A stretch of DNA of 64,000 bases from assembly GCA_050575255.1 (NCBI GenBank), contig JBNZDD010013315.1:47592-111591 (forward strand), in the 5' to 3' direction. Both the position numbers and the translations under genes were made by a program. Within the stretch, counting starts at the first letter, position 1. The number at the start of each line of letters is the position of its first letter. Below, one piece after another: positions 26,655 to 38,818 of this stretch. This DNA is from Harriotta raleighana. Lineage: Eukaryota. Below the pieces are notes generated by a model. It ran no database searches. It was given only the letters and a program-made list of their open reading frames with translations, and had not been told where the DNA came from.

Positions 26655-27150
26655 CAACAACAACAATAAATTATATTGTTATTGGATCTTCCACCTCAGG
26701 AGGATGTCCTAAGGTATTGGACTATCAGAGGTTTGCATTCGAGCTGTGGGTTGGCATCAGAGAGGAGTGGAGGGCAAGGGGGGTGGAATAGAATAGGGAG
26801 AATGACCAAAGGCCTGGTCAATAAGGAAGGCTTGAGATGGGCCTTGAAAGTGACAATGGAGAAGACAAGGAGGAAGGGCCCCAGGATGGGGGGTAGTTTC
26901 TAGAGGGTGGGGGCAGAAAGGTTAAGGGCCTAATCTCTGCTATTGGAGCAGCCAATGCCGGCAAGCTGAGGGAGTGGGCAGGTTGGTGAGGTTTTAATAG
27001 GTCACAGAAGAGCAAAACAGTGGAGGGTTTTATAGGTGAGGACAAGGATCTTGAAAATCTCAATCTTTTGGGAGACGGGGAGCCAGAGAAGTCAGACTGG
27101 GACGTGATGAAAGTGGGGATGAGCAGCCTGAGGAGAGAGGTGGTGGCAGA
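26655..27150 (-). mobile_element. L2 3' fragment
   Basis: caac tail at 26655; LLIPTFITSQSDF resembles L2 LIHAFITSRLDY. Confidence 0.8.
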
Positions 27151-27619
27151 GCCGGGCGGTGTTGCAGAATTGGGGGAAGTAATGTTATTTAACCCACAAA
27201 ACACAATGTAGTCACTCAGTCCTTTAATGCAAACTTTCACACTATCTTTCAAATCTGAAACTCACTCTTCCCAGAATCCGTTTATTCTTGCACCATCCAT
27301 ATTCAATGGTCAATTATGTCGTGAAAGCAAATATGCAACAGACAGACAGTGGGTCACGGGATGTGGAGTTGTTGTGGTCGAATAAGTCACCAAGTGATGC
27401 TGTCAGCACTTGAGGTGAGAAGATGCTGACAGCAGCCAAGCAGAGAGACTCGCTCTGGTTGACATCCAATTGTAGGCAATTCACTCTCCTTCAGGACGAT
27501 GTGTGACAAACAATCAGGACAGCCATGGCTGCAGCCTCCGCTGACGTGCGGGGGCAAGGGGGACAAACCTACTATAAACCTACTAATTTTGTTGTTGTTG
27601 TTCTCATCTTCTTTATTCC

Positions 27620-27805
27620 TCCTACCAAAATCAATCGCTTCACATTTCCCTATACAGTATTAACGTTTTACTGCTGCCAGCCCACTCATTTTGCAAGCCT
27701 ATTTGTACCTTCCTGCATTGTTTTATAATCCTCTTCATTACAGTATTTAGCACATCTGGCGTTTTGGTGCCTCCTATACCTTAGTCCAAATCATTTATGT
27801 ACATT
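27620..27805 (-). mobile_element. Decayed CR1 RT fragment
   Basis: accaaaatcaatcgcttcacatttccc...ctgccagcccactc resembles the reverse complement of the W.M.FN..KCEV.HFG region. Confidence 0.6.
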
Positions 27806-29844
27806 CATGCTCTTGTGTGTAGCTCAAATGTTAAAGAGAGAAAGTGGTAAAAAATCACCAGTTTCCGATGATTTAAACAAAGAACCAGTCCTATTTTTGA
27901 AAGTCTCTTGAACACAATGGGGTAGCACAGCTCAGGGGAACGCTGTCGCAATGCAGACAGACCTTTTTAAATTTTACTAATGTACTTGAGCGCTGCAGAG
28001 TAGAGGAAATTGCCGTCACCACTCAAGATAACATTGGAAATCTCACTGGCCCCGAAGGTCTCATTATTAGGGCAAGCGTCTTGCAGGGAAGGCAGGTATA
28101 GAGCTGAAGAGCCACGCAAGGAGGTGCTATGACTGAATTAGACATGTAATTATTAATCACACGTAACATACAATGTAATAGGAGCTGCCACTTCTCTCAC
28201 AGGGTCAAGCCTGGAATAGGCTCAGAGACTACATGAGGGGAATGTTAACATCACTGCACATACATGCCTCAACAGCCCTCAGACCAAAAGCGAGTACCTA
28301 TCCTGCACAGAAACGTTCTCCCACATTCCAGCTTTTGATTGATAAATCCATAAAATATTATCTTAAAATACCATTGTTTTTGCAGCCATTGCTCTTAACA
28401 AAATGGCCTTGTTATTATGATCTTCGTGCGAGCATGTCAATCTTGCGTACAAAGAGATTTACAAGTTCCGCCAGTTATGAACTTAACCAATCAAAGAGAT
28501 ACTGGAGAACATATAATCCTTTCCATGAGGAAATGTAATTCAGAACACCAGTACTTCCCTCTGCAGGTTATACAACTCATATTAGATCCCAATACTGATA
28601 GCTATTTCACTTCAACCAGTTTTTTAATGACACAAGTTTAATGAGATCTCTATAAAGAGTAAGATCACTTAATGTCTTTTTCTTCTAATGGAAAAAGCAA
28701 CTCGGCTTCTAGCCATATTGAATGTTTCAGCCACGTTCAGTCTGTGATGTTCCAATTTTCCTACCTATTGAGGACATGAACATTTTGCATGCAGTTCCTT
28801 CTGCCATGAGTATTGAATAGCTCCATCAAGGACACCATGTTCTTGTTTGATAGACTTTTAAGGAAATGTAAATTGTAAATTATAACCTTTAAAAGTAACA
28901 AGCTATATCTTAAAAGTAGAAATAATGGCCCTGACTGTACAAAGTGTTACCTCCATGGAACCGCATGCTCCCGAGATCGCAGCCCACTCCTGGTGACTAA
29001 GCCGCAGTCATTACTGTGTGGGCTTATGTGACTCAGGTGTCTGCTTCCAGCAGAGGAAGAAAATATGGTCTTTTAACAGCGAGCTGCTCGATTAGTTCAA
29101 AAGTTTTCAGGCTTGAGTGAGTGACTGGGTTCACTTCCCCGGGGGAAGTAGCAGCCATAGAGAGATTCTGTCAGGAGAGGAATAGTTGGTGTGTTAGCAT
29201 TGATTTTAATACTGTGTTGTCATGTGTGGTTTCAATATTGTGGATATGGAATGGTTTTGATGTCTGGGGTCAGGCCTTAATGACCTGTGCAGAGCTGGAT
29301 CAGTTTACATTTATTGATCCTGGGAGTAAAGCGTATTGTTACGTACTCCAACAACCCCTTTCTTTCCTCATTACTAAACTGTGATAACACCTCTGAGAGG
29401 GCAAGACTAAGGGTAGAGCCATCAATTAAATCTGCCAGGTTCTATTCAGCTCTTAGCACGATGAAGAAATATGATGTTAAAGCAGTCTTCAAATATACTA
29501 TTGGCATTTAAATACAGAACATATTTAATCTTGTTTCAATCCTGATGTATATTGAATAATCATCTCTCTGTGTGAATCCTAGGATAAAAACCCAAATTAG
29601 CCTCAGTCAAATAGGTTGTTGGGAAATCCTCGGGATTGTATCAACACACAATCTTATCTGTAGATTCTGTCCCATTCACAATTAGGGTTCGGTTAGTCAG
29701 AATATCACTGAGCTAGCTCTATAGAAGGAGATACTTGAGCTGTGAATGTCCATGCGGGGATGAGTGTGAGTGTAAGTGTGAATGTGTGTGAGAGCAGCCA
29801 AGCTAAGGAGATGTGTAAGTGTGAGTGGTCAAATAACCACCCAC

Positions 29845-30080
29845 CTATATTTTAAAAGTTGTTCTCGAACCAGCCTTCACCACCCTTTCAGCCAATGCAT
29901 TACAGATTCGAACAACTCGCTGCATGAAAACATTTCTCCTCACTTCCCCTCTCCAATTTCTCTCCACCTCCAAAACGGTGGTATCGGCTGCATCCTCTTC
30001 TTTTGTGAAGACAGATGCAAAGTACTCATTCAGTACATCAGTCATGCCCTCTGCCTCCACAATAAGTTTTCCACCTGTTC
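29845..30080 (-). mobile_element. Internally deleted CR1 ORF2 fragment
   Basis: ORF 29845..30099 has VLNEYFASVFTKE then RRNVFMQRVVRICNAL.ERVV.A. Confidence 0.85.
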
Positions 30081-31356
30081 CGATGTAGAACAAACTCACC
30101 AGTAAAAACGTTGGTATTGCGTCAATTTAGTCTGGTTTGTTCACATTTTATCTTTTCCTCCTTCTGGCAGATAGATTTGTAATCACTCTCGAATTTCCAA
30201 AGATTTAGGATATTTACCACAACAACAACAAAATTGCATTGATAGAGTCACGTCGGGAGGATTTAAGCTCAGACTGTATCATAAATGGTGCATCTAGTGA
30301 TGGATATTCTCACTTTGTTGTTTACCTGTTGCTAATGTCGATCCATATTTGCCCTTTGTCCTGGGAGCAAAAGTGGGTTCGTCTGTCTAAACAATAATAA
30401 TAAGACAGTAATAGAGACAGAGTTACCTGTTGTGTGAGGAGCCCCAGCTGTGCTCACAGGTGATTAGATGAACATATAGACAGTCTCGTCACTGTAGTCA
30501 TTAGGTTTGAGTGGAGACACCGGCCTGAAAGCAAGGAATGAGATTCGTATTAATATCACTGACTACTGTAATGAAGAGTTAGTAGAGAATTAAAGCAGGC
30601 AATTAAACATTAACAAAATCCTCTTCCATTATTCATTTCAAAGCAGTTTAATCATTTATTTTTTTCATTGTTTGCACACCATTCTGGAGGCTGCGCTCTA
30701 TTTTTACAGCAGTTTGGGTACATTTTCTGTTTCAAACGGAGAGTGACTGTTTGAGTTATTTCCACTAATGAGGCATTACTATCTGAGCACATGCTTTACA
30801 TGTTGTACTCCCAGGTCAGTTACAACATGGCTTTGTTACAGAGTAGAATCTTCTTGCATGTGCTTTACATGCGAACCTTTAAAGAAATTAGCGCTATGCA
30901 GCAAACAATCCCAAAGTCAATTTACTCATAAACTACCACAATGTAGAGAGAGGAGACAGTCACTCTGTCACATACAGCAAATTAATATGTACGCTCCAAC
31001 TCCCAGAGGTCTGTGGCCAATCAGAATCTTCACAACTTGTGTCCCTTTTAACACATGGTGAGGCTCCCAGTACAACACTGGAACCCAAGGCAATATAATC
31101 CCAGAATGTGCCTCTAGATGGCTCTTGCTTCATACATTAGTAATGTGCGGACACACTGTTGGGATGGGCTTTATTTTCCCACAAACCAGCATGTGTTCAC
31201 TTTAACAGCAATAAGAAACAGAAAAGTTTACAATGAAATAAAAGATATAAAGTAGGAGGAAAAATCTCTTGGTTTTTAGCACAAGTCTAAGGTGTTGAAC
31301 TGTTTGGATACAGACACAACTTTGGAATCAACACTCTGGGTGCTGCTGAATTAGAC

Positions 31357-31628
31357 AACAACAACAACAAAATTATATGTATAGAGAGCCTTTCACGTCA
31401 GGAGAACATCCCTAGGAGCTGAACAGTCGTGGGTTGGGAGCCAAGCATGGAAGGAAGAGGGGCAGGGTAATGGAGGGGAGGGGAGAGAGAGAGGTAGGAG
31501 GCAGAAGGCGCCATCGAAAAGGAGGGTCTTGAGATCGGCCTTGGAAGAGGAGGCAAAGGAGGAAGCGAGGCAAAGGGACTGTGGGAAGGAGTTCCAGAGT
31601 TTGGGGGAAGGGCAGATTGCACCCACTC
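31357..31628 (-). mobile_element. L2 3' end
   Basis: PKLWNSFPQSLCLASS...KADLKTLLFDGAF plus caac tail. Confidence 0.88.
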
Positions 31629-33739
31629 TATGTTGCTCCTGAACAGCAACGATACTTCCAATTTTTGAAAGCCAAAAAAGTGTTGGCTTTTGTAAGAATT
31701 CATGGCCAGTTAATTAAGTGCATAGATTATTACAGGGATCTGGAGTTCAGGACAAGAGATTCAGCGACAGATCTGCCAAATAGGAGTGTTTGCCTTGAAC
31801 AGAACCCAAGTTTCTGCCTAAAAAGAGCACAGCCAGCAATGAAGCAGCCAAGTTTCTAGATGACGCACACAGACATGGACCGCAGCTAGCAACAGGGAAA
31901 AGAACCGGAAGAAGCCACACAGAAATATTTACAGGTTGAGGAGAATGATGATGTTCACGGAACTAAACTTTCTGGGATTGTAGGAAGTAACTAAAGATTT
32001 ACTAATGACAGATACTGTTGTGGGTATACTGGTGAACAGGATGGGTTAACTCAACCTGGGTAAGGGAATCAGCAAGGCAGAACTTCACAAACATAAACCC
32101 TGGGAACAGCAGCAAATCTCAAACATCGCTGTAATCACAACTAGAAGCACAGAGTAAAAGACGGAATGGAGGAATGCACAGCTGTTAATATTCATCAATA
32201 TGTTTACAGCTGTAATTAAGTGTAAGATTTGCATAGAAACTGAAGTAAGTGCATAATGTTAGACCTAAACTGACTATGACTGTCACAATCTGTTAGGCTG
32301 AAACCACAATAAGTTCAATCATCAAACACTCGGTATATAATTAATATATACAGTATGTGCAGACTGCATATTAATCTACCAGTTACCACTGACCCCTTTC
32401 TGGCGAATAGAGGTAGAAACCCTAACACAGAAACAGAACTACAAACAAGTGTTCTCCTTTCCTTCTTTAAATTCCCTCCCCTACCATTGGGCTCTGACCG
32501 ATTAAAGGACAAGCAGAAGAAGATCATTCAGTCCATTGAGCCTGGCCCACCAGGCAAGACTTTAGTGTCTGTCGTCTTGTGATGGATTCTCCAATAAAGC
32601 TCTCGTACTGCTTTTTCAAGCTGATCTTTTCGGGTTCTGCTGACTCTAGGTGTCAGACTGGGCCAGATGGCATTTTAGCTTCAGAGTCAAGACAGGTATG
32701 GGTTTCAGCGCCTCTTCATGTTTCGATAAACCTTATCAAGTGATTTGAGACGACGCCTGTGTTTCCTCTGTTTGGTCAATTTAAAATGTAACTAAATTCA
32801 TTTTATAAATAAGTATAATTGTTGTGAAGTCAAGTACGTGTTTTATTTTAAATGATTTTTCTTTATGTCATTACTGTAGGTATTTCAATAGATACTCATC
32901 CAGTTTTCTTTTCTCTCAATGGGGGCAATGTGGTACCATATTTTATTAAAGGAAACCTTGTGATACCAGATGGTCCAGCGATCTCCCTGGCTCTCACTAT
33001 CTCAGTCCTTCTTACCTAAACGTCATCAAGAAGGTGCTTGTGCCAGCTTGCTTGGAAATGAGTTTTTAATGAGGTTTAATATTTAAGTCCTGTTCCCCTA
33101 AAGGTTAATGGAACGATTCAGGACTAGGACACCGTAATGTCTAAGTGTGAGCACTTCTACATGCATGTATTCAGAGCAGATGTGTGAAGTGTTTGAAGCT
33201 GTATAGCAACAACAATAACAACAACAAAATTACATTTCTAGAGTGCCTTTCACGTCGGAAGGACGTCCCAAGGTGCTGAACAGCCATGTCGGGATCCGAG
33301 CCAGATGGGGGAAGGGACAGGATAAGGGGAGGAGGGGAGAGAACAACACTCACACTGACCAAAAGCTCCCATTACCTTTTCAGAAAATAATTGTGACGGT
33401 TCCTTTTTTAAACATGGCTGATTTTACTGCTAATTATTGGCCAGGAGTAAATCAGATGATATTAAACTATAATCGTTTGGTTTTAGCGAGATACCACTTG
33501 TGTGCCTCTTTCTCTGTTTTGTTCTAGATTTACCTTGTGTATCAGCCTGAGACAGAATCACTGAAGGGGATTTGTATTGTATTGGAAAGACCATTGTATA
33601 ATCTGTGAGCTGGCAGCAAGCTTTGGTATTCAGTGGATATTAGATCACGTTCCGATGTGTTGCTATTAATAATTCTTGATTCAATGGCTGATGTATCCTT
33701 CCTAATCCAAGTGTACTTTGTCTCAGGAGTATAGAAATA

Positions 33740-34080
33740 GTCAACGTTTCGACTCCATGACCCGTCGGCAGAACTGGGGAAAGAGTCGTGACCTGAAACA
33801 TTGATTCACTTTGTTTTCTCCATAGATGCTGCCTGACCTGACCTGATTCGATAACAACTTTTAAAAGGGAATTAGATCTTTATTTAGGGAGAACAGGTCT
33901 ATTAGGCTATGGGGAGCGAGCAGGGCAGTGGGATTAAATCGCTCTTTTCAAAGAGCCGGCACAGACTAGATGGGCCGAATGGCCTCCTTTTGTGCCGTAA
34001 ACTTCTATGAATCTATGAATCTATGAATCTATGAATCTATGACCTGCTGAGTGCTCCCAACCATTTCTGTTATTGTTTTA
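33740..34080 (+). mobile_element. Penelope-like repeat end hosting a CR1 insertion
   Basis: ctccatagatgctgcctgacctg ... gacctgctgagtgctccc flank the CR1; a sister copy lies at 13592-13690. Confidence 0.65.
33846..34040 (+). mobile_element. Young 5'-truncated CR1 with (GAATCTAT)n tail
   Basis: FKRELDLYL frame end, gatgggccgaatggcctcc 3'UTR, four tandem octamer copies, TGACCTG on both flanks. Confidence 0.92.
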
Positions 34081-35601
34081 GTCCGATGCCATGTAAGGGA
34101 ATTGAAATTCCTTTTGACAGAAGGCAAATGTTTCCCATTAATTCTCTTTCCTGTTGCTTTTTGTGATCAGAAAATCCTCATTGATGAATGAAGTTGTGCT
34201 ACTCATTCAGATTTCACACTGAGTAAATGTGTGTAAGTTGGAAATGATGTTTGGCTATGTTTTTTGTGAACCAGCTTGTTTATTTCACTCGGGGAATTGC
34301 TTGTGATATTTATACTTCACACATTTTAGTGTTGTCTAAACAGTTAACTAAATGAAATGTAGTAGATGTAATCTGAACAGAAGTGACCTAGGTATAAAGC
34401 TTGCAAGTCACTGGGGACGTAGTGTAAGTGAACTGACTCACCACCTTCTCAAATGTTTCCAAAGTCACAGCAGAACATTCTCTGCTGCTTGTTACAGACC
34501 TTTTATAGTGCAATGCAGTGATGTCAGATATCTGACACACTGCTGTATGTACGGCTGCATTAATCAAACCCCTAACCTGTGTCAGGAAACAAATACTTCA
34601 CCATCAAACCCACTTGTTTAGTATAAAAAATTCTAGTTTTCTTTTGGCTTTTTAAATAACAAACAATGAACCAAATAAACAGCTGATCAGTGAATAGTAG
34701 CCAACGAGTGTGCAGCAGGAATGAAGATTGCCTTCAGACTCATTAAGGTTTGTTCAGTCACTGAGGTTAGGAACACTAAAAACCAAATGGTTTCAATGGC
34801 TGATTGAGGCTGATGTTATGTGATTAGAGCAGGCAATGCAGGAGCAGTCATTGGTGCATTTCATTCAATTACTCATATTTTATTTGATCACTCGGAGTCC
34901 TAATGCCAGCAAGTCATTTGGACACTTCAAAATCTGAAACCAAACGATGGCAATCTACACCAGAACCCTGCTTTTGTTTGGGGCTCACACTCACAGCTAT
35001 AAGTGGAGGTTATAAATGCTGTCATTTATATTGTCAGCAGTAGATAGTAATATTGATTCAGCCATTTGAGCTTCACTGTCTTAATCTAAAATGACATAGG
35101 TCCTGTCAGCCTCGCTGCATATTTGATAACAGATTCACTGGAGAGAAAAGTGCTTGCTCTTTAATTTTCAACTATATATTGACGTACTTCAATCAAACAA
35201 AAGCACTTCAGTACAGAATGGCATTAGTCCCTGCTGCACAATCCCAGAGCTTTCATAATGTACACGTGATCTGTTTGGTAAATCATTTCTCTTTCCACAC
35301 ATATCCACTTAATTGAAAAGTACTGGACATACAAGAATAGATACAGATATATGTTTGACAGTCAGAACGTCGGTAAATCTCATCACACCCGGTTGGAGGG
35401 GAGGGAACCCAATTGTGGTTTGCTGGGAATACTGTCAACAAAGCAAATAATATTGTAACTACTGCATTGAGGATTTGATGGTATTACAGGCTCTGACACA
35501 AGAAGATTGATGGCTTTACTGTCGCTGATTAGAAATGTTAGTTGAATGAATGTAAGATTTGAGGAGATCTAACTAATTAATATCTGCTGTTGAATTCCCA
35601 G

Positions 35602-35670
35602 CAACTTGTCGGGCAATCGGCTCAGGACCTTATCGTGGCAACCATTCCGCACGTTGAGGCTCTCTCACCT
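35602..35670 (+). CDS. NTRK3: Trk receptor internal exon, LRR (NLSGNRLRTLSWQPFRTLRLSHL), 69 nt
   Basis: tcccag| and |gtaagt; phase 2/2; matches TrkC NLSSNRLTTLSWQLFQTLSLREL; follows a 26-kb intron (9551-35601). Confidence 0.93.
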
Positions 35671-36340
35671 GTAAGTGTTATAATACTACTACTACTAATA
35701 ATAACTAATAATAAAAACAATGATAATGATGTGTGAGGTACATGTGCAAGCCTTTCTCGATCATTACATTCTGATTTCTGTAATCACTCGCAGCTCTGTC
35801 CCCACAGGTGCACTGACCTTAACCTTCACTTAGTCTTCACTTGGCTTCACTTGGCCGGCTGACATGGTGTGTGTGTGTCCACATTGCACTCTCTGTCCAG
35901 CTCCACTTCTTTCCTGTCAAATCACAGTTTATCTGCTCAGTACTCCTTTTGAGTGCAAAACTATCTTCTAACCAAGACACGATTGAATTATTCTACAATC
36001 ACAACATTACATTTGTTGAGTGCCTCAGGCAGTGAGAAGCTTTGCTCGTGAGAAATCCTAATCCTTACTTCTGATATTGATGTTTTCGAGCTAACTTTCC
36101 CCCAGACAATGATTCTAATCACTGCAGAGATTAAAGCAATGAGGATTCCTGACACTACTGCCCCTGAAATGACCTGGTCTCTGGTTTTTAATCTCTGGGA
36201 GAGGAGGAATGTTGGGTTTCTCTAACCTCTCCCTTCCCACCCACCCTCCTTGTCATGGTTGGTGCTGGATTGAGGGTTATGTTTCAGAAACTGAACCACA
36301 GCTTGTATTGACTTGGAGTTTTGTTTCTGTGACTGTCTAG

Positions 36341-36495
36341 GATCTTGGTTGGAAATGTGTTTAACTGCAGCTGTGAGATTCGCTGGATCCAGTTATGGCA
36401 GCAGAGCAGGGAGGCCAGGCTGACCCAGCAACCTCTGTACTGTAAGACTGACAACAGCATGATCCTCCTCTCCAACATCAACATCACACAGTGCG
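36341..36495 (+). CDS. NTRK3: Trk exon, LRR C-terminal cysteine cluster (ILVGNVFNCSCEIRWIQLWQQSREARLTQQPLYCKTDNSMILLSNINITQC), 155 nt
   Basis: gtctag| and |gtaatt; FNCSC.IRW.QLWQ motif as in TrkC; phase 2/1. Confidence 0.95.
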
Positions 36496-37156
36496 GTAAT
36501 TAGCATTTCCACTGTCCAAACAAACACACACAGAAAGGCAATAATACCACATACACTATGTATTTCAGAGGATTGTTGGTGTTAATTATCACTTAATTTT
36601 AGTACATGTAGAATTAATTGACGTGAAATGAAAGACTGCAAATTACATTCTGCATGATTTTATTGGTTCACACCTACCTTCTCCCCAGATAAACAGCAGC
36701 AGGAGTAATAATTATTGGAATAATAATAATAATCCTTGCTTTTGATATAGCGCTTTTCACCAGACCAGACATAGACACAATGGACCTTCATTGCTGGAAG
36801 AGATTCTGCTTCTCTCATAAGATCTGAAGATGGGTAGAGCAGATCTTTCTCTGCTACCATGCTTAAAACAACCTCCCCCTTCCCCCTCGGTCGAAGACAG
36901 GCTCAGTCACTGTTAAGTACTCTGAGATGGTACCCTGCATGGGGAGCGCTATATACCAACAACAACAAAATTACATTGATATAGCGTCTCTCACGTTGGG
37001 AGGATGTTATACAAGTGCAAGTTGTTGCACACTGTTTAATCTATTTCTGTCCCTCTCCGGAGGTTGGGAGGTTGTGGAATCTCAACTGTGGGTCATGTAA
37101 ATGGACCTCTTATGGTTGAAGTGCCTAATGAAGTTGACATCTTGTTTTTGGTGCAG

Positions 37157-37299
37157 AATTGCCGGAGATTAGTGTGAGTCATAATAACCTTGTGGTGAAG
37201 GCTGGAGAGGATGTTGTGGTGACATGTAATGGATCTGGATCTCCGCTCCCTGATGTGGATTGGAATGTCACTCATGTGCGCTCCATCGGCATTCATCAG
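37157..37299 (+). CDS. NTRK3: Trk exon, Ig1 first half (ELPEISVSHNNLVVKAGEDVVVTCNGSGSPLPDVDWNVTHVRSIGIHQ), 143 nt
   Basis: gtgcag| and |gtagca; LPEISVSH and TCNGSGSPLPDVDW match TrkC as recalled; phase 1/0. Confidence 0.95.
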
Positions 37300-38043
37300 G
37301 TAGCATAAAATTGACTGTGTTGTTGTTTTTGAACTGATTGCAGATATTCAAATCTGATTTCTTGTGTTGGGTAGAAAATGATGGAGGAGAGTTTGACCCT
37401 GACCAGTTTACAGTGGGCGTAAAGCTTCCCTCAACACTTATCTCTGTGACTGTGTTTTAAGCTAGCTTCCCTCTCGGGTGCTCAGATAAAGCAGTGAAAC
37501 CCTTTGAGCTGAGATCACGTCCTCCCGATGTGATAGCCAATGTATCAGTGAAAATTGTGGCCTGTGACACTGAGGTAGAGCATTGTAGGGAATGCCTAGA
37601 AAAGAAGCAGTCAGTCGGGATTGAGTGGAAGGAGAGGAAATCTGGGGAATTCACTCCCACCTTAACCATACATCCTGTGGGGGGTAAACAATGTTCACTG
37701 CTGGCTTCTCATGGCTGAACGGTGGGTCGCATGAGAGATACCGTGATCACCAGAGAAATTAATTACAGGGTGCAGTAAATCATGTGTACAGAGTTTGTGA
37801 TGTGATCTTCATTTGTAAAAGAGTTTTCAGCCTCTTACCTCACTCAGTACCACTAAGAACATCAATATTGAGAGTATTTTTGAGTGTGGAGGTTCGAATT
37901 GTGGATGCATTATGCAGTTGGCTTACGAACCCCCGAGGTCTCAGTATTGCAGTAACTCTGCAACATCCAACAATCGCTGCTTCCTTAAATGTATTAATTC
38001 TGTGATATTGGTTGTGAATTTATATTTTTCTCTTCTCTGCCAG

Positions 38044-38185
38044 ACTAACAGTAACCTGACGACTGTGTCCACAGTAAACCTGACCCTGTTTAATGTTGAT
38101 CAGGAGGATAATGGGAAGCTGCTGATGTGCACAGCAGAGAATATGGTGGGAATGACTAACGCCTCTGTGCTGCTAAATGTTTACT
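38044..38185 (+). CDS. NTRK3: Trk exon, Ig1 second half (TNSNLTTVSTVNLTLFNVDQEDNGKLLMCTAENMVGMTNASVLLNVY), 142 nt
   Basis: tgccag| and |gtgagt; NLTL..V..EDNG...C.AEN.VGM.NASV motif; visible in ORF 37912..38193; phase 0/1. Confidence 0.96.
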
Positions 38186-38284
38186 GTGAGTAACCTTTCC
38201 CATCTCAGCTCAAACTCAACTTGAAGGAGATCAATTAAAACTGCCTGTTGAGTTGACATTTGATTATTGAAAAATCAAACCTAC

Positions 38285-38402
38285 CGGCGTAGAGTATAAA
38301 AGCAAATAAGTGAAGCTGCTGCCTCTAAATCATTAGTTACCTTGTTGTTATAATTAGTTATTGTGCCCAGCTTTGGACATCTCACTGTAGGAAGGGTGTC
38401 AA
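38285..38402 (+). mobile_element. Decayed CR1 fragment in the 333-bp intron between Ig exons
   Basis: GVEYKSK...YCAQLWTSHCRKGV resembles CR1 GIEYKS...YCVQFWSP.YRKDV. Confidence 0.7.
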
Positions 38403-38518
38403 AGGAAGTTGAGAGCCCCATTTGCCCTCTCGCAGTATCCCAAAGGAGAAAGCTTCAGATTTCAGCCTTTGCCAATGAGGCATTTGTTAAGTTTGTTTCT
38501 CTTTTTTTAAACTTTCAG

Positions 38519-38818
38519 ATCCTCCTGACATTAAAGAGTTAACAGAGCCTGAGCAGCGACATATGCATTGCATTGCATTTACAGTCTATGGTAACCCTCT
38601 GCCCAACATCCACTGGCAGTACCAAGGGCAGAACCTCGAGGAGTCAAAATTCATCTACACTGTGGTTTATGAAACTGCGAGTGACTGGCTGTATGGCTGT
38701 TTGCTGTTTGACAGACCCACCCATGTCAACAATGGGAACTACACACTCCTCGCAGAGAACGATATGGGCACTGACACAGAGACAGTCTATGCACACTTTC
38801 TTCTGAGTCCATTTCCAG
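38519..38818 (+). CDS. NTRK3: Trk exon, neurotrophin-binding Ig2/d5 (YPPDIKELTEPEQRHMHCIAFTVYGNPLP...GCLLFDRPTHVNNGNYTLLAEN...HFLLSPFP), 300 nt
   Basis: tttcag| and |gtaaag; Trk d5 signature PTH.NNGNYTL; visible in ORF 38563..38856; phase 1/1. Confidence 0.97.
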
